63,630 nucleotides of DNA from Candidatus Bathyarchaeia archaeon. Its GTDB lineage: Archaea; Thermoproteota; Bathyarchaeia; Bathyarchaeales; Bathycorpusculaceae. The translations under genes and the position numbers were made by a program. The stretch covers positions 1 through 63,630 of the forward strand of contig JBEKTQ010000017.1 in assembly GCA_049515895.1 (NCBI GenBank). The letters are read 5' to 3'. Below the pieces are notes generated by a model that was not told where the DNA came from, did not search any database, and saw only the letters and a program-made list of their open reading frames with translations. This document shows, piece by piece, positions 19,128 through 29,196 of this stretch. The number at the start of each line of letters is the position of its first letter. The stretch's first letter is position 1.

Positions 19128-19594
19128 TGGCTTTTGCCCTTAAGCCTTCTAGCCAAATTTGGTGTTGCTGTTCCACTCTTTTCGGCCTTATGACGTTTCC
19201 CAGTCGGTTAAGCCATCCTCGTTGCGTCTCCTCCATTAAGACGTGACAGCCTTGCTCCGTTTTTTGGATGAGCCACGCATGGTAAGCGTCAAGTCCATTG
19301 CCATGGGCATCCCAAGCAAGCCGTTCATAAGGAACAAACTCGAGCACCGTCGAAACTATCGTTACGCCGAAGGTTTCCAGCGGAACCGTGTTCCTAAAAC
19401 AAGGTCGGGAGGCGATCCGCTTAGAAAACGAATGTCGGATGAGTTAGGGTACCATGTTGGCTAAAGCTCGCTCGGATCAGCCAAGCCCACACCACTTCGG
19501 GGTCAGCAGGCATCGAAAGCTGGTTCTTGGCGTGAACAGGGCTTTTGGAAGGTTCGTAGTTGCCGGGCCACATAATTTGGTCTGGTTTAGACAT
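19102..19594 (-). pseudogene. SRPBCC/polyketide-cyclase-like gene disrupted by frameshifts and a stop
   Basis: Pieces MSKPDQIMWPGNYEPSKSPVHAKNQLSMPADPEVVWAWLIRA / PTWYPNSS…GTRFRWK / FGVTIVSTVLEFVPYERLAW lie in different frames. Confidence 0.75.
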
Positions 19595-19772
19595 GATTCA
19601 AAAACCTCAGATACACTTAGTTGTTCGTAAGCTAAAAACTTCACTAAAACCTCCAACCTATTAGGTCTGTCGAGTAAAACGCTTTTGGTGGCTGCTATTT
19701 CTAATTCTGGACACCATTCTTGCATTAGGTGTATTAGGCGGATTAATCTTCATTGATTCAGGCGATTTTGAC

Positions 19773-20675
19773 ATGTCAATGGATGCAGAAGAATTCAAAG
19801 TGCCAAGTGGCCAGAAAGTCAGCTTGAAGGATTACGATTCAGGCTGGCTTCCGAAATGGGCTAAGAAACAAGAAGAAAAAGAGGGCAAAAAAGCTGTAAA
19901 GCAACAGGCGCTGGCTATTCTTGAAAGCAACCGGGAGAAACTGGTAAAGATGCAAGACCTGTTTTGGGCAAACAGCACTTATGCAATGCTCATCGTTCTC
20001 CAAGGCATGGATGCAGCTGGGAAAGACGGCACCATTCGGCATGTAATGTCTGGGGTTAACCCCCAAGGTTGCCAAGTTACAGGCTTCAAAGCGCCCTGTG
20101 AAGACGAGCTGATGCATGATTTTCTTTGGCGGAACTCGAAGGCTCTTCCAGAAAAGGGGATAATAGGCATTTTCAACCGATCATACTATGAGGATGTGCT
20201 CATTGTCAAGGTTCGACCAGAAGTCCTGCAAAAGGAGAAGTTGCCGGCGGGGTTGGAGGGAAAACAGTTCTGGAATCAACGGTACGAGGACATAAACATG
20301 TTTGAACGCCACCTGGTTCGAAACGGTACGGTTGTGTTGAAATTCTTCCTGAACCTTTCGAAGAATCAACAGAAACAGCGGCTTCTCAAACGACTTGAAG
20401 ACCCTGACAAGAATTGGAAGTTTTCACAAACAGATCTTTCTGAGCGTTCTAAATGGGCTGATTACATGGAGGCATACGAAGAAATGCTTAATATGACAAA
20501 CACTGAGTGGGCGCCGTGGTACGTTATTCCTGCGGATAGGAAATGGGTTACTCACGCGTCAGTTTCTGAGATTATTGTTTCCCAAATCAAGAAGCTTGAC
20601 TTAAAATATCCCGTTTTAAGCAAGGACCAACTTGCGTCTTTGGAAAAAGCGAAGGCTGAGTTAGAGAAAGAGTAA
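19773..20675 (+). CDS. ppk2: Polyphosphate kinase 2 (class III-like)
   Basis: LQGMDAAGKDG, FKAP, FNRSYYEDVL, KNWKFS, PWYVIPAD. Confidence 0.95.
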   Translation: MSMDAEEFKVPSGQKVSLKDYDSGWLPKWAKKQEEKEGKKAVKQQALAILESNREKLVKMQDLFWANSTYAMLIVLQGMDAAGKDGTIRHVMSGVNPQGCQVTGFKAPCEDELMHDFLWRNSKALPEKGIIGIFNRSYYEDVLIVKVRPEVLQKEKLPAGLEGKQFWNQRYEDINMFERHLVRNGTVVLKFFLNLSKNQQKQRLLKRLEDPDKNWKFSQTDLSERSKWADYMEAYEEMLNMTNTEWAPWYVIPADRKWVTHASVSEIIVSQIKKLDLKYPVLSKDQLASLEKAKAELEKE

Positions 20676-20690
20676 ACGACGTGCGGTGGT

Positions 20691-22271
20691 CTACGGGTTG
20701 GGCGTGACTATGCAGTGGACGGTCAGTTGTTTTTTGAAGGCTTCATAGAACGCCTGCCTGTTTTGGATTACGCTCCATTCTTCGAAACTGCAGTCTGAGT
20801 CTGAATAGAAAGACAGCAAAACTTGATCCTTACTGACTTTAACAAATTCAGCCTTCTTAACCAGTCCAGTGTGGCTTCGGTCAAGCTTTTCAGCGAACCT
20901 AAGAAAAGTTGACAGAATTGAGATACACTGCTTAGTTTTTTCATCCAGCCCCGAAGCTTTCATAGCTTTTTTGGAAGGCAACTTTTTCCTGTGGAAACGC
21001 GCAATGTTGCCCATTATTTGGATTTCTTTTGAGTCGAAACCGAGGAGTTCAGCGTTGCAGATGATGTATTGGGAGTGAAGCTGATGGTTGTTGAATGAGA
21101 GGAAATCGCCTACGTCGTGCAGTATGGCAGCGTACTTTAAGAGTTCTTTTTCGTTCTCTCCCATGTCATGTAACCCAATTTGTTTTGCGCTTTCGAAAAG
21201 CTGTATCGCCAAGGCTGCCACGGCTTCTGAATGTTTCTCGTCAAAGTTACAGGATCTTCCCAAATGCAAGGCACTCCTGTTCCTCATCGGAGTCTTTTGG
21301 AGTTCTCGGAAGCCTTCATACTTCGACAGATAATCCACGAGTAATCCATCCCGCAGTTCTCTGTGACTAACGTTGATTTCTTCCAAGCCTAACTCTTCCA
21401 TAATCGCCTCCATTATAGCCGCTCCTGCAATTATGATATCGGCTCGATCAGGGTTAATGGCGGGCATTTTTCTCCTTTCCTCAAGCGGTAGGAAGCAGAG
21501 GAGGGGCGCCAACTTTTTCAGGTTTTTCCTTGATAACACCAACCCATTGCCATTGACATTCTTCTTGATTAGTTTGTTTGCGATTTCCGCCAGGTTAATG
21601 ATTGTGCCTGATGACCCATATGCCCGCCTGACTCCATACTCTTGGACTTTTGCTTTAGCTACTCGAACTTTGCTGCAGGCGTACTGTTTAATCTGCTTGT
21701 AAGTGCTGTTTGTCACGGGTCCAGCCCATCCTTCGCCTATGAACCGAGCCGTCAGCCTGATTGCGCCTAACCTTAGGCTGTTCACGTAGAAGCATTGATA
21801 TTGGTTTCCGATGCAAATTTCGGTGCTGCCGCCCCCTAAATCTATGAAAATGGCTTTTTCCTCGCCGATATCGATCCCGCTTGACACTCCTAGGCAGATC
21901 AGCCGGGCTTCTTCTTCCCCTGAAATCACTCTTACTTCAAGTCCCGTTTCATCAAAGAGTTTTTGGAGAAATTCGTTTTGGTTTTGCGCTTCCCGAATTG
22001 CTGAGGTTCCAACTGCGATTATTTCACTGGCACCGTAGGTTTTAGCAAGTTCAACGAATTTTCTGCAGACAAAGATGGTGCGTTCCATCGCGTCGGGTTT
22101 GAGCAAGTTGTCTTTGAATTCTTCTTCGCCTAAACGGACAACTTCTTTTTCTTGGCTGATGGTTGTGTAAGAGAAATTTGGGTTTATTCTTACGACTAAG
22201 AGGCGCGCTGCGTTTGTACCAATATCCACGAAACCGACTATTTTCTCAGCAGTTTTCAAGGTTTCTTCCAT
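20691..22271 (-). CDS. ppx: Exopolyphosphatase Ppx/GppA with C-terminal HD domain
   Basis: DIGTN, TSAIREA, ISGEEEA, DLGGGSTE, LRDGL, LHDVG. Confidence 0.95.
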   Translation of the reverse strand: MEETLKTAEKIVGFVDIGTNAARLLVVRINPNFSYTTISQEKEVVRLGEEEFKDNLLKPDAMERTIFVCRKFVELAKTYGASEIIAVGTSAIREAQNQNEFLQKLFDETGLEVRVISGEEEARLICLGVSSGIDIGEEKAIFIDLGGGSTEICIGNQYQCFYVNSLRLGAIRLTARFIGEGWAGPVTNSTYKQIKQYACSKVRVAKAKVQEYGVRRAYGSSGTIINLAEIANKLIKKNVNGNGLVLSRKNLKKLAPLLCFLPLEERRKMPAINPDRADIIIAGAAIMEAIMEELGLEEINVSHRELRDGLLVDYLSKYEGFRELQKTPMRNRSALHLGRSCNFDEKHSEAVAALAIQLFESAKQIGLHDMGENEKELLKYAAILHDVGDFLSFNNHQLHSQYIICNAELLGFDSKEIQIMGNIARFHRKKLPSKKAMKASGLDEKTKQCISILSTFLRFAEKLDRSHTGLVKKAEFVKVSKDQVLLSFYSDSDCSFEEWSVIQNRQAFYEAFKKQLTVHCIVTPNP

Positions 22272-24580
22272 ATGAGCACCAATTTCTTTGCGAAAAGCCT
22301 TTCAAACAAATCTTTCTTCTTATTAAAAGCCTGCTCCTCCAGCGTCGATTTCGTTTCCGATTGGCATTCGGCGATTATCTTTTTGGTGCCAACTTTGAAG
22401 TTTAATGATTTTACGTTTGATTGGTGAGTGTAATCTAAGCTGTCTGCCACGCGTAAAAGACTGGATAGAACCTTTATCACTTTTATGGTTTCACCATCTA
22501 AAGCCCGCAGGTTGTAGTGTTTTTGTTTGGGCAAGCCTTTGCGATGATAACGTGCCACGCTTGCCACTATCCGTCTTTCTCGGGATGAAAAGGGCAATTG
22601 CGTATTGTTGAGTATGAGTGTGGCTGTTTCTTTATGGTGCCCACGTCTGCCTTCCAATAAACCTGCATCATGCATTATCGCGGCGCATTCAAGCCAGCAT
22701 CTTTCCTTTTCGCCTAAATTGTGCAACTTGACTAGTCCGTCAAAAAAGTCTAAAGTAAGATCGGTAACCTGCCTGCAATGTTTCAAGTCCTGCCCGTACC
22801 CTTTAGCAAAGTCTTTGGAAGCGTCGACTTTCACTTTGCAGTTTTCAAGTGCATTCTTTTCTTTTGCGTTGTCTTCCTTGATTATCGCGTCAAGAGAGAC
22901 GCCTTGCAGTAGCATCTGGGCGAAACTTTCAGGCAACGATTTTTTCCTAAGCGCGCCCGCGGCGGCTTCAACGTCATAATCCAGCCGGATCATCTCAACC
23001 TTGAAAGGATTAAACGTCAAAATTGCGTAAGCTGCCTGAGGGTTTGCGTCGCTTGGTCTTCCTACGCTTCCAGGGTTGATAAAGGAGACTCCGTCTACAT
23101 TTCGCCAAAGTTGTTCATGAGAGTGCCCCACGATTATCACGTCCGCTCCAGCGGTTCCAGCGAGATTTTTTAGCCGTTCAACTATTGTGTCATGGGTAAT
23201 GTGTTCATCAATAGATTCGGGACTTCCATGAGTTACGAGCAGTTTTACGCCTGCAATTTGGAGCCTGAGTTCCCGCGGTAAAGAGCAAAGGTAACTTTGA
23301 CATGTTTTGGCTAGCTCTTTCTGGGTAAACTTGTAAGCAACCTTTTTTTCGCCTCTGACGTCGGCCTTCCCTTCGATAACTTCCAAATCGTAGTTTCCCA
23401 AAACGCTCACGACGTTTTTTTCGCTTAATAGCTCTACGACCTCGTTTGGGAACGCCCCGAATCCTATTGCGTCGCCTGCATTGAGGAAAACGTCTGCACC
23501 CCGGTCTTCAGCGTCTCGAATAACAGCTTCCAAAGCCTGAAGATTAGCATGGACATCTGATAACACCGCGACTTTAACATCGGGGTTTGCTAGGATTTGG
23601 TTTGTTTTTTCCTTGCTCATGGTTAATCCAGCCTTGGTTGTCTCCTTGAGTTGTTCGAAAAAGTTTTGCTTTAGGTTGTCTTCCCAAAGTTGAACAAATC
23701 TTCTGTAATGATCTTTTCTCTGGTCTTTTATGTATGCTAAAAAGTTCTCTAGCGCTTGTTCAAACTTTGTACTGTCTAATTTCTTGTTGCTTTTTTCTTT
23801 GCTTTCCTCGATGAATTTGGGCAGATAGTTGATCCAAACCTCAAGGTCATGCTTTTCACCCAGTATATCTTGATAGGCTTTTATTGTTTCGATTTCGTTT
23901 TTAAGCTTGTTTTTATATAATGGCGCGAAAAATTCCATGGTGTAGCGAAGCTTCTTAGCGTGTATCCTCATTTCATGATGCTTTTCGTTTGCGTCTTCCA
24001 CGTGGACGTATTTTTCCAGCGATAGGAAATCGTCTAGTCTGAAGCATATATGCCACTGGGCTTTTTTAAGCACTTGATTAGGATCAAAACGCACGTTTGA
24101 CTTTCCCTCGATGGCATTTTTACAAAACGCGCCCATGTCTTCCAAAACGTCTGATGCTTTCAGTTTGTTAATTCCGTAGGTGACCAAGGGTTGAATCCCG
24201 TCTCTTTTGCCAACACGGTCACAAAGCAGTTTGTTAACGCATTTTTTTTCCGCCGAATTAACGTTTTTCAAGTATTTTTTCACAAAGTCTATTTGGACGT
24301 CAAGGTCCCTTGCCTCTCCGAGTAGCCGAGTAACTTTTTTAATTTCCTTTGTCCATCTTTTGTATTTCTTGCTGGAAAAGCAGGGTTGGAACAAGGGTAA
24401 AGCTGCTCTAATCTTACGTGAGGTAACGCGAGTTTTGTGGACGCATTCAATGTCCTCGTTTTCTATTACGCCGTCAATACTTTCTTCAAACCCGTCAAGC
24501 AAATCAACAATTGCTTCGCAACCGAATTCGCAGTAGCTTGTTTCAGCGCCGCATGTTTGACTGTTAACTGGGGCGTTCAT
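22256..24580 (-). CDS. CHAD + YfcE-like metallophosphoesterase + Ppx-type HD domain fusion
   Basis: HKTRVTSRKIR and HEMRIHAKKLRY (CHAD); SDVHAN, GD, GNYD, HGSP, GHSH, NPGSVG (MPP); MHDAG, ARYHRK (HD). Confidence 0.9.
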   Translation of the reverse strand: MNAPVNSQTCGAETSYCEFGCEAIVDLLDGFEESIDGVIENEDIECVHKTRVTSRKIRAALPLFQPCFSSKKYKRWTKEIKKVTRLLGEARDLDVQIDFVKKYLKNVNSAEKKCVNKLLCDRVGKRDGIQPLVTYGINKLKASDVLEDMGAFCKNAIEGKSNVRFDPNQVLKKAQWHICFRLDDFLSLEKYVHVEDANEKHHEMRIHAKKLRYTMEFFAPLYKNKLKNEIETIKAYQDILGEKHDLEVWINYLPKFIEESKEKSNKKLDSTKFEQALENFLAYIKDQRKDHYRRFVQLWEDNLKQNFFEQLKETTKAGLTMSKEKTNQILANPDVKVAVLSDVHANLQALEAVIRDAEDRGADVFLNAGDAIGFGAFPNEVVELLSEKNVVSVLGNYDLEVIEGKADVRGEKKVAYKFTQKELAKTCQSYLCSLPRELRLQIAGVKLLVTHGSPESIDEHITHDTIVERLKNLAGTAGADVIIVGHSHEQLWRNVDGVSFINPGSVGRPSDANPQAAYAILTFNPFKVEMIRLDYDVEAAAGALRKKSLPESFAQMLLQGVSLDAIIKEDNAKEKNALENCKVKVDASKDFAKGYGQDLKHCRQVTDLTLDFFDGLVKLHNLGEKERCWLECAAIMHDAGLLEGRRGHHKETATLILNNTQLPFSSRERRIVASVARYHRKGLPKQKHYNLRALDGETIKVIKVLSSLLRVADSLDYTHQSNVKSLNFKVGTKKIIAECQSETKSTLEEQAFNKKKDLFERLFAKKLVLIWKKP

Positions 24581-26678
24581 TCCAGATGCCTCTATTCTTT
24601 ATCAGCCAAGCTTGAGAGTCGAGGACTTCCTCTCCGTCTTTAGGTTTTACTCTTTCGTAGGTTCCGTCGTTCAGCAGTCTTCGAGCTTTGACGTTGTCGC
24701 GTAGGTGAATTTTAAGCATGTTCTCAAAGAGAGCCCGGCGGATATATGGGTCGGGCACTGGTAAGAGGACCTCGATTCTTTCGTTGAGGTTTCTAAACAT
24801 CATGTCGGAACTGCCGATGAGAACCTCATCTTCCGTTTCCCCTTTGAAGTAATAGATTCGTGCATGCTCAAGGAAACGCCCAACGATTGAAATCACTGAA
24901 ATGTTGTCGCTTATTCCTTGTATTCCAGGTTTTAAGCAGCATAAGCCCCGCACATTTAGGTCAACTTTGATCCCGGCCATTGACGCCTTGTATAGGGCTT
25001 GAATAATTTCTGTTTCCTCGAGATTATTTAGTTTAAAAGCTAAGTAGCCTTTTCCAGTTTTCTGGTGAAAGCTGATTTCTTTTTCTATTCGCTTAAGAAT
25101 TTCTTTTTTGAGAGTTTTTGGTGCCACAAGTAGATGTTGGAACTCTATTTCTTGAAGCCCATTTATGATAATGTTGAAGAGTTCGGCAAGTTCCTCTCCT
25201 ACTTCAGGATTCGAAGTCAAGTAACCGATGTCGGCGTAGATTTTTGCTGTCACGGAGTTATAGTTACCCGACCCAATATGTGAGTACCTTACGATTTTGC
25301 CGTCTTCTTTTTTAACAATTAAGCAGAGTTTTGCATGAACCTTAAAGTTAGGAAAATTGTAGACTGTGTTAATTCCACCTTGCCTGAGTTTTGAAACAAG
25401 GAGGATATTGTTTTCCTCGTCAAATTTAGCTTTAAGTTCTATAATCGCTGTTACTTTTTTGCCTTTTTCCGCGGCCTCAATCAATGCGTCAACGACCGGC
25501 GAGTTGTGATCCATTCTGTACATCGTTATGCAGATTTCCAAAACATTACTATCTCGCGCAGCTTCTTTTAGCAGATTGACGATTACGTCAAAGCTGTCGT
25601 ATGGGTGATACAAAACGAAGTCTTGTTTATCGAGCGTCGCAAACATGTCCTGTCCTGGACTAAGTAGAGGCGAGATGCTTGGGCTGAAAGTTCTGTCTTT
25701 GAGGTCAGGGCGATTTATCTTCAGCGTTTGCCAAAGATCCACAAGTCCAAGTGGCCCGTCAAACTCATACGTTAAATAATCTGGCAAACCCAAACCTTGT
25801 GATATCTCTTCTTTGATTACAGCAGGCACCTTCCTTTCAAATTCTAGCCTACTTGGGAACCCAGCTTTTCTTGTCGTCAGGCTCTTCTTGACGGAATAAA
25901 GAAAGTCTGAGGATTCACTCATTAAGATCGCTATTTCTCCATTCCGCGTGAGCCTGAACTGGTACGCGGTAAGGTTTTTTTCGTTCGGAAAAATGAGATC
26001 TAAATTATTTGCCACTAAATCTTCAACAAAGACAAAATTATACTCTATTTCCTGGCTGTAAACGCTTTTTGGGATTCTTATTAGCCTTCCGAACTCTTCG
26101 GTTGGGACATCAACTAAGCGGAAGGAATCTTGTTTAGCAAAGCCTGACACATATAGGGTTATGTGAAGATTCTCGATTGATGCGCTATCGAAGCCTTCCT
26201 TGGTTTTGACAAATGGCAGGATAGATTGCTTAAGGAATTCACGCAAGTTCTCCTTATCTTTTAAACCCAAATCGTTAAATTTCCAAATGAAAATTTTTTG
26301 CTTCGCAAGAGCAGGGAGAAGGTCGTTTCTCCAGCAAGCTGCATGCTCTTTTATTAAAGGTATTATTTCTTTTCTTGTAGCTTCAATCTGTTCAAAGGCG
26401 GACATTCCGTCCATTGATTTTTCGCTCGATCCGGCGTTGTTTTTCTTAATAAGTCTGGGGATCCGTGTCATGAAGAACTCGTCGAGGTTACTGCCGCATA
26501 TGGCCATGAACTTAACTCTTTCAAGGAGGGGATGCCTCAGGTCCTGTGCTTCCTCAAGGACACGCTTGTTAAATCTTATCCAGCTGAGTTCCCTGTTAAA
26601 GAAATAGCTGGGGTTATCCAGTAACTTCTTCTGACTTGGTGTATCTTTTGGGTCTGGGTCAGGGTTCAGAGTTGACAA
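24564..26678 (-). CDS. ppk1: Polyphosphate kinase 1
   Basis: NRELSW, NLDEFF, HPYDSF, ELKAKFDEENN, KVHAK, GNYN, RFLEHAR. Confidence 0.96.
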   Translation of the reverse strand: MSTLNPDPDPKDTPSQKKLLDNPSYFFNRELSWIRFNKRVLEEAQDLRHPLLERVKFMAICGSNLDEFFMTRIPRLIKKNNAGSSEKSMDGMSAFEQIEATRKEIIPLIKEHAACWRNDLLPALAKQKIFIWKFNDLGLKDKENLREFLKQSILPFVKTKEGFDSASIENLHITLYVSGFAKQDSFRLVDVPTEEFGRLIRIPKSVYSQEIEYNFVFVEDLVANNLDLIFPNEKNLTAYQFRLTRNGEIAILMSESSDFLYSVKKSLTTRKAGFPSRLEFERKVPAVIKEEISQGLGLPDYLTYEFDGPLGLVDLWQTLKINRPDLKDRTFSPSISPLLSPGQDMFATLDKQDFVLYHPYDSFDVIVNLLKEAARDSNVLEICITMYRMDHNSPVVDALIEAAEKGKKVTAIIELKAKFDEENNILLVSKLRQGGINTVYNFPNFKVHAKLCLIVKKEDGKIVRYSHIGSGNYNSVTAKIYADIGYLTSNPEVGEELAELFNIIINGLQEIEFQHLLVAPKTLKKEILKRIEKEISFHQKTGKGYLAFKLNNLEETEIIQALYKASMAGIKVDLNVRGLCCLKPGIQGISDNISVISIVGRFLEHARIYYFKGETEDEVLIGSSDMMFRNLNERIEVLLPVPDPYIRRALFENMLKIHLRDNVKARRLLNDGTYERVKPKDGEEVLDSQAWLIKNRGIWNERPS

Positions 26679-27023
26679 AGTCCTTCACCTAAGAAATTTT
26701 TCGGCAGTTACTGTTTGGCTGGACATACAATAAAAACTATTACAATTGTGCTTAATCAAGTAATCTTAATAAACTATTCTTTGTGTTCAATGAGTTTTTG
26801 TTGTTCAGCGGTCTTGCTTCCTTGGTATATAGCTGGCTTCTACGCATTTTGCTCTGTGATGGATGAATATTTCATTCTCGAAAAGTGGGGTTTTCTTGTT
26901 CATGTCTTTTCCTCCGAGCTGTTTCTGTATGTTTTAGGGCGGTTGAGGTCAATAAGGACTCTCTAAATAGACTCTATAGTTTATATAGGAAGGGTTAAAT
27001 TCCGCGTCGAATTACTAAAACAC

Positions 27024-27482
27024 ATGAATTCTTTAACTCTTAAAGAAAAAGGCTTCGCAGAATTCGTTTCTTTGAAAGGACTACCGTTTTCCAGCCTTCC
27101 CTTCAATAAAGGCAGCGTTATAATTCTAGCTGACAGCACTCTAACTGGAAAACCCACCTCAGACATACTTTACATTGGTAAATCCAAGAAACCGACAAAA
27201 CGAATCTTGGGCGGCTACTTGTCAGGTTTTGGCGGAAAAACAACCAGAAAAATTAGCTCAAAGTTGCTTGATGATGGGTATATTGAAAAGGTCGTGGTGA
27301 GTTGGATGCTGAGTGATAACCCGAAGGTAGCACAGCAAGACCTGCTGGAAAGCTTTAAGAAGGAACATGGTGGATATCCCGCTTGGAATATTCCAAACAA
27401 AAGCCCGCAGAAAGCTCAGCCACCTAAGAAAAAAGTTGCAAAAACAAAGCCAGCCGCAAAACCCGCAAAAGTTGCCCCTTAA
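27024..27482 (+). CDS. Hypothetical protein, degenerate GIY-YIG-like fold with Lys/Pro/Ala-rich tail
   Basis: ILYIGKS...KR, YPAWN; tail KKKVAKTKPAAKPAK. Confidence 0.55.
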   Translation: MNSLTLKEKGFAEFVSLKGLPFSSLPFNKGSVIILADSTLTGKPTSDILYIGKSKKPTKRILGGYLSGFGGKTTRKISSKLLDDGYIEKVVVSWMLSDNPKVAQQDLLESFKKEHGGYPAWNIPNKSPQKAQPPKKKVAKTKPAAKPAKVAP

Positions 27483-27497
27483 ACCATTGAATCTTCA

Positions 27498-28040
27498 CTA
27501 GTTTCCGTTCTTGCCTTTGCTTCTTGAGTAATGCTGGATCAATTCAACTGTGGACCATGGCAGGCAGTCTTCTTTTTTGAAACCTAAAAGCGCCGCATAC
27601 TTGTAGATTGCTGCAGTGTTTTCAGCTTCTATCTCCATGAATTCAGGAATGAAATCGTAGATGCCAAAGTAGCGGTCGATGTCAAAGCGTGCGTGATTTA
27701 GCGTGTAGCTGATTCTGTGTTTCTCCATACTTTCAGTAACGGATAGCCCCAGGTTTTCCAATATTTTTTTTACCGCCTCCAGATTTGAGACCTCTACAGA
27801 GTATTCTTCAGCAGTTTTAGTTGTTTGGGTAAAGCGAACTTTTTTGTACGTTAATTCAATCTTGTCTTCTTCTTTTCTTAAACGCAAAACATCTTTTGAC
27901 TTAACAATTCTCCCGTCTTTGAAGTCAAAGAACAACGTTTGTATGTCGCCGTCGAAAACCTTTTTCGCACCCTTTTCGATGAGTGTTTGCTCAATCTTTT
28001 TTCTATTGATCTCCAGAATCTTGACTTCTGTTTCTTTCAT
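27498..28040 (-). CDS. cyaB: CYTH / class IV adenylate cyclase-like triphosphate tunnel metalloenzyme
   Basis: ETEVK (ExExK), LRLR, LTYK, EKHR, FMEIE. Confidence 0.88.
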   Translation of the reverse strand: MKETEVKILEINRKKIEQTLIEKGAKKVFDGDIQTLFFDFKDGRIVKSKDVLRLRKEEDKIELTYKKVRFTQTTKTAEEYSVEVSNLEAVKKILENLGLSVTESMEKHRISYTLNHARFDIDRYFGIYDFIPEFMEIEAENTAAIYKYAALLGFKKEDCLPWSTVELIQHYSRSKGKNGN

Positions 28041-28188
28041 AAAACCCAAATGAACCGCAGGATGTTATAAACATGTTTACTGCTTGAAAAAACGCGTTTT
28101 TGAAGAGCCCAACACTGCTTTTGCCTTTTTTATTCGTCCTTTTGAACTTTCCCCTTTGCTCACGCTAAATGAGATTTAGTGTAGGCTT

Positions 28189-28327
28189 GACTTTTTTCGA
28201 CTTTTATTGACTTATTTTGACTTTTTTAGACTTATTTGGACTTTTACAGACTTTTTTAGACTCAACCTGCAAACGCAGCAAGCCCCAAATCAAAAAAGCA
28301 ACCCAAACCACAAAGAAAAAAATTGCG
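28189..28327. repeat. Dispersed element copy B: 8 units with exact 10-bp period (GACT at 28189 ... 28259) plus conserved ~65 bp tail
   Basis: gacttttttc/gacttttatt/gacttatttt units; tail homologous to 854-918. Confidence 0.85.
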
Positions 28328-28432
28328 ACGCGCCAAACACGAAAAATGCCTCATGCCGTTGCGGAAGGGTTATTACTTTTAGAGTAAGTTATCGTAAGGC
28401 GAAGTAAGTTATTGTAAGATGGAGAGAGCAAA

Positions 28433-29194
28433 GTGCCACTTGCGTTTGTTATCGGAACAGCCGGCTCAGGCAAATCCCTTTTTACTGCAGCGTTTAGTGA
28501 ATGGTTGAAGATGTCAAAGCAGGACGTTGCCGTCGTCAACTTGGACCCTGGAGCCCTTAAGCTTCCTTACTCGCCTGATGTTGACGTCCGCAACTACGTT
28601 GACGTCGGCGACTTAATGGAGAAATACGCCTTAGGACCCAACGGTGCCTTGATTATGGCGGCTGATCTGATCGCTGACGAAATCGAAAACCTGAACCGCG
28701 ACATCGAGGAAGCACACGCCGACATCGTCCTGGTAGATACGCCCGGTCAGATGGAGTTGTTCGCTTTCAGGGCAAGTGGACCATACATTGTTGACGAGTT
28801 AACCAAGGAGCCTAAAGCCCTAATCTACCTGTTTGACGCCGTATTCTCAAATAACCCGATGAACTACGTTTCAAACATGTTTCTCTCCGCCGCCGTTTAC
28901 AACCGATTCTTCCACCCGCAACTGCATGTTCTCTCAAAAACCGATTTGCTTCCGAAGAAGGACGTACAAGCGATCGCTTCTTGGTCAGCTAACCCCCGAG
29001 CGCTCGAAGACGCGATCGAAGAGAAACTGGAGGGCACAAAACGCCTCTTCAGCCGCAACATGATGCAGGCAATTAACAGGCTGGGCTTGACTTTTCTGCT
29101 TATGCCCGTTTCCTCAAAAACCAACGAAGGCATGACCAACATCAACACTACGCTTGAGCGGATCCTTAACGAAGGCGAAAAATACACCACTTAA
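28433..29194 (+). CDS. GPN-loop GTPase
   Basis: GTAGSGKS, NLDPG, LGPNGA, DTPGQME, SKTD. Confidence 0.95.
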   Translation: MPLAFVIGTAGSGKSLFTAAFSEWLKMSKQDVAVVNLDPGALKLPYSPDVDVRNYVDVGDLMEKYALGPNGALIMAADLIADEIENLNRDIEEAHADIVLVDTPGQMELFAFRASGPYIVDELTKEPKALIYLFDAVFSNNPMNYVSNMFLSAAVYNRFFHPQLHVLSKTDLLPKKDVQAIASWSANPRALEDAIEEKLEGTKRLFSRNMMQAINRLGLTFLLMPVSSKTNEGMTNINTTLERILNEGEKYTT

Positions 29195-29196
29195 AC

